Origin: Macrostomum hystrix
Lineage: Eukaryota > Animalia > Platyhelminthes
Direction of reading: 5' to 3'
DNA length: 64,000 nt
NCBI GenBank assembly: GCA_950097015.1
Contig: CATNEN010000038.1
Coordinates: 21,762,001 to 21,826,000, forward strand
Made by a program: the position numbers and the translations under genes. Below, one piece after another: positions 58,701 to 64,000 of the stretch; the stretch's first letter is position 1, and every line of letters begins with the position of its first letter. A model generated the notes under the pieces. The model worked only from the letters and a program-made list of their open reading frames with translations, was not told the origin of the DNA and made no database searches.

Positions 58701-61700
58701 TTGATTGCCTGGCCCAGGTTTGTTCCGTGCTTGATTGGCAATTAATTGCTGTTAAGATTTTAATGGCATGTTAGTGTCAGCACATGATGGGTCTGTTAGT
58801 GTCAGCACATGATGGGTCTGTTAGTGTCAGCACATGATGGGTCAGTTAGTGTCAGCACATGATGGGTCTGTTAGTGTCAGCACATGATGGGTCAGTTAGT
58901 GTCAGCACATGATGGGTCAGTTACTGTCAGCACATGATGGGTCTGTTAGTGTCAGCACATGATGGGTCTGTTAGTGTCAGCACATGATGGGTCTGTTAGT
59001 GTCAGCACATGATGGGTCAGTTACTGTCAGCACATGATGGGTCTGTTAGTGTCAGCACATGATGGGTCAGTTACTGTCAGCACATGATGGGTCTGTTAGT
59101 GTCAGCACATGATGGGTCTGTTAGTGTCAGCACATGATGGGTCAGTTAGTGTCAGCACATGATGGGTCAGTTACTGTCAGCACATGATGGGTCTGTTACT
59201 GTCAGCACATGATGGGTCAGTTAGTGTCAGCACATGATGGGTCAGTTAGTGTCAGCACATGATGGGTCAGTTAGTGTCAGCACATGATGGGTCAGTTAGT
59301 GTCAGCACATGATGGGTCAGTTAGTGTCAGCACATGATGGGTCAGTTAGTGTCAGCACATGATGGGTCAGTTACTGTCAGCACATGATGGGTCTGTTAGT
59401 GTCAGCACATGATGGGTCTGTTAGTGTCAGCACATGATGGGTCTGTTAGTGTCAGCACATGATGGGTCAGTTAGTGTCAGCACATGATGGGTCAGTTAGT
59501 GTCAGCACATGATGGGTCAGTTACTGTCAGCACATGATGGGTCTGTTAGTGTCAGCACATGATGGGTCAGTTAGTGTCAGCACATGATGGGTCTGTTAGT
59601 GTCAGCACATGATGGGTCTGTTAGTGTCAGCACATGATGGGTCTGTTAGTGTCAGCACATGATGGGTCTGTTAGTGTCAGCACATGATGGGTCTGTTAGT
59701 GTCAGCACATGATGGGTCAGTTAGTGTCAGCACATGATGGGTCAGTTAGTGTCAGCACATGATGGGTCAGTTAGTGTCAGCACATGATGGGTCAGTTAGT
59801 GTCAGCACATGATGGGTCTGTTAGTGTCAGGGCATGATGGGTCTGTTAGTGTCAGGGCATGATGGGTCTGTTACTGTCAGCACATGATGGGTCTGTTAGT
59901 GTCAGCACATGATGGGTCAGTTACTGTCAGCACATGATGGGTCTGTTAGTGTCAGCACATGATGGGTCTGTTACTGTCAGCACATGATGGGTCAGTTAGT
60001 GTCAGCACATGATGGGTCAGTTACTGTCAGCACATGATGGGTCTGTTACTGTCAGCACATGATGGGTCTGTTAGTGTCAGCACATGATGGGTCTGTTAGT
60101 GTCAGCACATGATGGGTCAGTTAGTGTCAGCACATGATGGGTCAGTTAGTGTCAGCACATGATGGGTCAGTTAGTGTCAGCACATGATGGGTCAGTTAGT
60201 GTCAGCACATGATGGGTCTGTTAGTGTCAGCACATGATGGGTCTGTTAGTGTCAGCACATGATGGGTCTGTTAGTGTCAGCACATGATGGGTCTGTTAGT
60301 GTCAGCACATGATGGGTCTGTTACTGTCAGCACATGATGGGTCTGTTAGTGTCAGCACATGATGGGTCAGTTAGTGTCAGCACATGATGGGTCAGTTAGT
60401 GTCAGCACATGATGGGTCTGTTAGTGTCAGGGCATGATGGGTCTGTTAGTGTCAGGGCATGATGGGTCTGTTACTGTCAGCACATGATGGGTCTGTTAGT
60501 GTCAGCACATGATGGGTCAGTTACTGTCAGCACATGATGGGTCTGTTAGTGTCAGCACATGATGGGTCTGTTACTGTCAGCACATGATGGGTCAGTTAGT
60601 GTCAGCACATGATGGGTCAGTTACTGTCAGCACATGATGGGTCAGTTAGTGTCAGCACATGATGGGTCAGTTAGTGTCAGCACATGATGGGTCTGTTAGT
60701 GTCAGCACATGATGGGTCTGTTAGTGTCAGCACATGATGGGTCAGTTAGTGTCAGCACATGATGGGTCAGTTACTGTCAGCACATGATGGGTCTGTTACT
60801 GTCAGCACATGATGGGTCAGTTAGTGTCAGCACATGATGGGTCAGTTAGTGTCAGCACATGATGGGTCAGTTAGTGTCAGCACATGATGGGTCAGTTAGT
60901 GTCAGCACATGATGGGTCAGTTAGTGTCAGCACATGATGGGTCAGTTAGTGTCAGCACATGATGGGTCAGTTACTGTCAGCACATGATGGGTCTGTTAGT
61001 GTCAGCACATGATGGGTCTGTTAGTGTCAGCACATGATGGGTCTGTTAGTGTCAGCACATGATGGGTCAGTTAGTGTCAGGACATGATGGGTCAGTTAGT
61101 GTCAGGACATGATGGGTCAGTTAGTGTCAGCACATGATGGGTCAGTTACTGTCAGCACATGATGGGTCTGTTAGTGTCAGCACATGATGGGTCTGTTACT
61201 GTCAGCACATGATGGGTCAGTTAGTGTCAGCACATGATGGGTCAGTTACTGTCAGCACATGATGGGTCAGTTAGTGTCAGCACATGATGGGTCAGTTAGT
61301 GTCAGCACATGATGGGTCAGTTAGTGTCAGCACATGATGGGTCAGTTAGTGTCAGCACATGATGGGTCAGTTAGTGTCAGCACATGATGGGTCAGTTACT
61401 GTCAGCACATGATGGGTCTGTTACTGTCAGCACATGATGGGTCTGTTAGTGTCAGCACATGATGGGTCTGTTACTGTCAGCACATGATGGGTCTGTTAGT
61501 GTCAGCACATGATGGGTCAGTTAGTGTCAGCACATGATGGGTCTGTTAGTGTCAGCACATGATGGGTCAGTTAGTGTCAGCACATGATGGGTCAGTTAGT
61601 GTCAGGACATGATGGGTCTGTTAGTGTCAGGACATGATGGGTCAGTTAGTGTCAGCACATGATGGGTCAGTTAGTGTCAGCACATGATGGGTCAGTTAGT

Positions 61701-63877
61701 GTCAGGACATGATGGGTCTGTTAGTGTCAGGACATGATGGGTCAGTTAGTGTCAGCACATGATGGGTCAGTTAGTGTCAGGACATGATGGGTCAGTTAGT
61801 GTCAGGACATGATGGGTCAGTTAGTGTCAGCACATGATGGGTCAGTTAGTGTCAGCACATGATGGGTCAGTTAGTGTCAGCACATGATGGGTCAGTTAGT
61901 GTCAGGACATGATGGGTCTGTTAGTGTCAGCACATGATGGGTCTGTTACTGTCAGCACATGATGGGTCAGTTAGTGTCAGGACATGATGGGTCTGTTAGT
62001 GTCAGGACATGATGGGTCAGTTAGTGTCAGCACATGATGGGTCAGTTAGTGTCAGGACATGATGGGTCTGTTAGTGTCAGGACATGATGGGTCTGTTAGC
62101 GTCAGGACATGATGGGTCAGTTAGTGTCAGGACATGATTGGTCAGTTAGTGTCATGACATTAATAGCAGTTCGTTTTTTGCCATTATTGGTGTATAATAA
62201 ATAATGGTGTGCCATTATAAAATAGAAGTATTTGAAGAGAAGTCACATTAAAGTATAATCAGCAAGTTAAAATGGACATGTAGAAAAGCAAATGCATGTT
62301 TCATTTATCCTACTAACAGTACTGCAGAATGCGTATTCGTCTCCATTCTTAAAAATTCTATGGCATTTCAGGCTGTCGAATGCGCCGCCTCTTGCGCTGG
62401 CCAATCGCCGCCGCTGTGCCATCCGGGTTTTCTGCAGCTAACGGGACTAGACAGTCCGAGTCATCAGCAGCAGCAGCAGCAGTCGTCGGCTGCTGACTCT
62501 GTACGAGCTAGCCTGTATGTCCATCTGGTTCGCGTGTTGGAACCATTGCGCTGCTCAGATCAAATTGTAGACCTAGCTAGGCGGGGCCTATCCAGAGTGC
62601 TAACTATCAATAGTCGCTACCAATTGCCTCTATTGGCCACTGTGTTTAAGCACGAATTAGAATTGGGTCGATATCAGTGCGCCCTTGACGCTATGCTCCA
62701 ACTGGCTGATCCTTCGGTGCAATTGGACTGCATCCGGCATCTGGTTGTTACGCTGAGCGATCGCGATCAACTGGGGGCATTGCTGCAGCTGAACTTTGGC
62801 CAGCTGGGAAACGCCTTAGTGTCAGTGCTTGAGATGCGAGCCAGAGCTGTCGATGCAGGCCTACACGTGTACTACAACCTGCTGTACTGCTATCACACTG
62901 CCCGATCCGATTTTAAACGCGCCGCCGCCGCTATGCACGAATTATCTGCTCGATTGTCACGCGAACGTCCGGGGTTCGAATCGGCCCAGCGTCAGGCTAG
63001 GGCCCTACTATCCGCCATTGGCTGTCTGCAACTCTTGGAGCCTCGGCATCAATGGGTGGTGGCGCCAGAGGACTTCCTAGATGACGGCCCGGCATCTAGG
63101 GCGCAGGGCCAGCGACAGAAGGTCAAGAAGTCTAATGCGCCGACGACTATTGGGCTAGATGATGAGCAGCAGCAGCTTCCGCTTGCTGAAGCCGGCATGG
63201 AAGTTCAAGACGGCGACAATCATGAAGCCGGCGGCGACGCTGACGACTGCGATACTGATGACGACGACGATGCGAACGAGGACGAAGGCGTGAGTTTGGT
63301 TTCTGGTTTAGTGTCAGAACAATGGGTCAGCTAGTGTCAAGTATGGGTCAGCTCCGGCCAGATAAATGAGTCATCTGTTTTCAAAGCTGTGGTCAGATTG
63401 TGTCAGAAATTTAGGTCGTATATAGTCAAAATTTTTGATGAGCTTAGTGTCAGTAGTGATCGTTGAATTCAGTATCATATTTCCGCCCACTGAATTAACT
63501 AGGCTCGCCCAATTCGAGTGCTAACACTGTCCGATTTGGAGCATCGCTACGCTATTCTAAGTGCTCAGCTGCAATTGTGGCTACGTCATCCCAATTCGAC
63601 AACCTCCTCGACTGCCAGCGCCGCCCGCATCGGCCTAGACGAACTAGTGGCCGACCTGCTCACTGCGGGACTCTATCACGAGGCCAAATGCCTGCTGCGT
63701 CGATGCGATCGACCTCCGACGCCTCTGTTGGAGTCTCTAGCTGGGGCCGCCGTCACCGCTAGCAGCTACGTTTCAACCACTGAGGAATCATTCGCCGCTA
63801 TCAAGGAGGCCCTGGAAGAGGAGGGCGCCTCGGCTGAGGGTGCCAGCCCAGCTGACTGCCTGTGGTCCCTGCTGCAG
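49795..63877 (+). CDS. NUP160: Nuclear pore complex protein Nup160 (3'-partial)
   Basis: Exons 49795-49897, 51200-51311, 51735-52014, 52531-52840, 53109-53485, 55801-56529, 57098-58011, 58501-58717, 62372-63289, 63503-63877, continuing beyond the window. Motifs TLQDVKYADCSGG, RNRILYW|RS...TLELVEE, NHKLRLWD, VFKHELELG, DCIRHLVVTL, RARAVD...YYNLLYCYH...FKRAA. Confidence 0.9.
50208..50545 (-). mobile_element. Merlin / IS1595(ISXO2)-like DDE transposase C-terminal fragment in NUP160 intron 1
   Basis: PIIQQYILPSMRILTDCWQAY...HSVVNHRLHFVDP...HTNTIKGMW...HIQEYLWRR; 5' part missing; K at the usual catalytic E of HTNTIE. Confidence 0.85.
52060..52330. mobile_element. Two degenerate SINE family 1 fragments in inverted orientation
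   Basis: 52060-52175 matches the - strand SINE (cagtccatggactg, gtcttgctaaa); 52176-52330 matches the + strand (ccagcttttaaatgtgtacc, ggactgaa, ctgcggctgtgc). Confidence 0.55.
53575..54470. repeat. 23-bp intronic minisatellite
   Basis: Unit aagatccttcagggc(t/a)tctatt(t/c). Confidence 0.95.
54471..55745. repeat. 22-bp minisatellite with three 276-bp higher-order units
   Basis: Unit gagaatccttcatgaattct(a/g)t; spacer ggagtcaataaaaatattttatggac at 55090, 55366 and 55642. Confidence 0.95.
58100..58430. repeat. 35-bp intronic minisatellite
   Basis: Unit ggtctctgataatcctttcccgtcacctgttct(c/t)a. Confidence 0.93.
58770..62160. repeat. 25-bp intronic minisatellite (~135 copies)
   Basis: Unit gtta(g/c)tgtcag(c/g)acatgatgggtc(t/a). 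Confidence 0.98.
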
Positions 63878-63884
63878 GTAAGGC

Positions 63885-64000
63885 CTGAGGGATTGGAGGA
63901 TGGGGAAATGGATGGTAGCTGAAGGATTGGAGGATGGGGAAATGGATGGTAGCTGAGGGATTGGAGGATGGGGAAATGGATGGTAGCTGAAGGATTGGAG
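63885..64000. repeat. 34-bp intronic minisatellite (runs off the window)
   Basis: Unit ctga(g/a)ggattggaggatggggaaatggatggtag. Confidence 0.9.

Overview
This is eukaryotic (animal) genomic DNA with GT-AG introns. GC-rich exons and introns filled with unrelated minisatellites suggest a Macrostomum-like flatworm (inference, not verified). Gene models were built by hand from splice signals. On the + strand are DYNC2LI1 (5'-partial), OSBP, PSMB7, a coiled-coil/death-domain gene, an ankyrin-repeat + Mab-21/cGAS-like nucleotidyltransferase (cGLR), a CYP2-clan P450 and NUP160 (3'-partial). On the - strand are a secreted fibrinogen-related protein and two paralogous secreted peptides with identical 10-Cys spacing. 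The most interesting part is about 20-46 kb, between PSMB7 and NUP160. It resembles an innate-immunity/defence island: an ANK-cGLR with an apparently intact catalytic triad, a death-domain protein, a FReD and a cysteine-rich peptide family I do not recognise. Mobile DNA includes tRNA-derived SINEs, a CACTA/EnSpm-like MITE, a Helentron/HINE-like family, a decayed Crypton tyrosine recombinase and a Merlin/IS1595-like transposase fragment. Most long repetitive ORFs in the ORF track are artefacts of tandem repeats.
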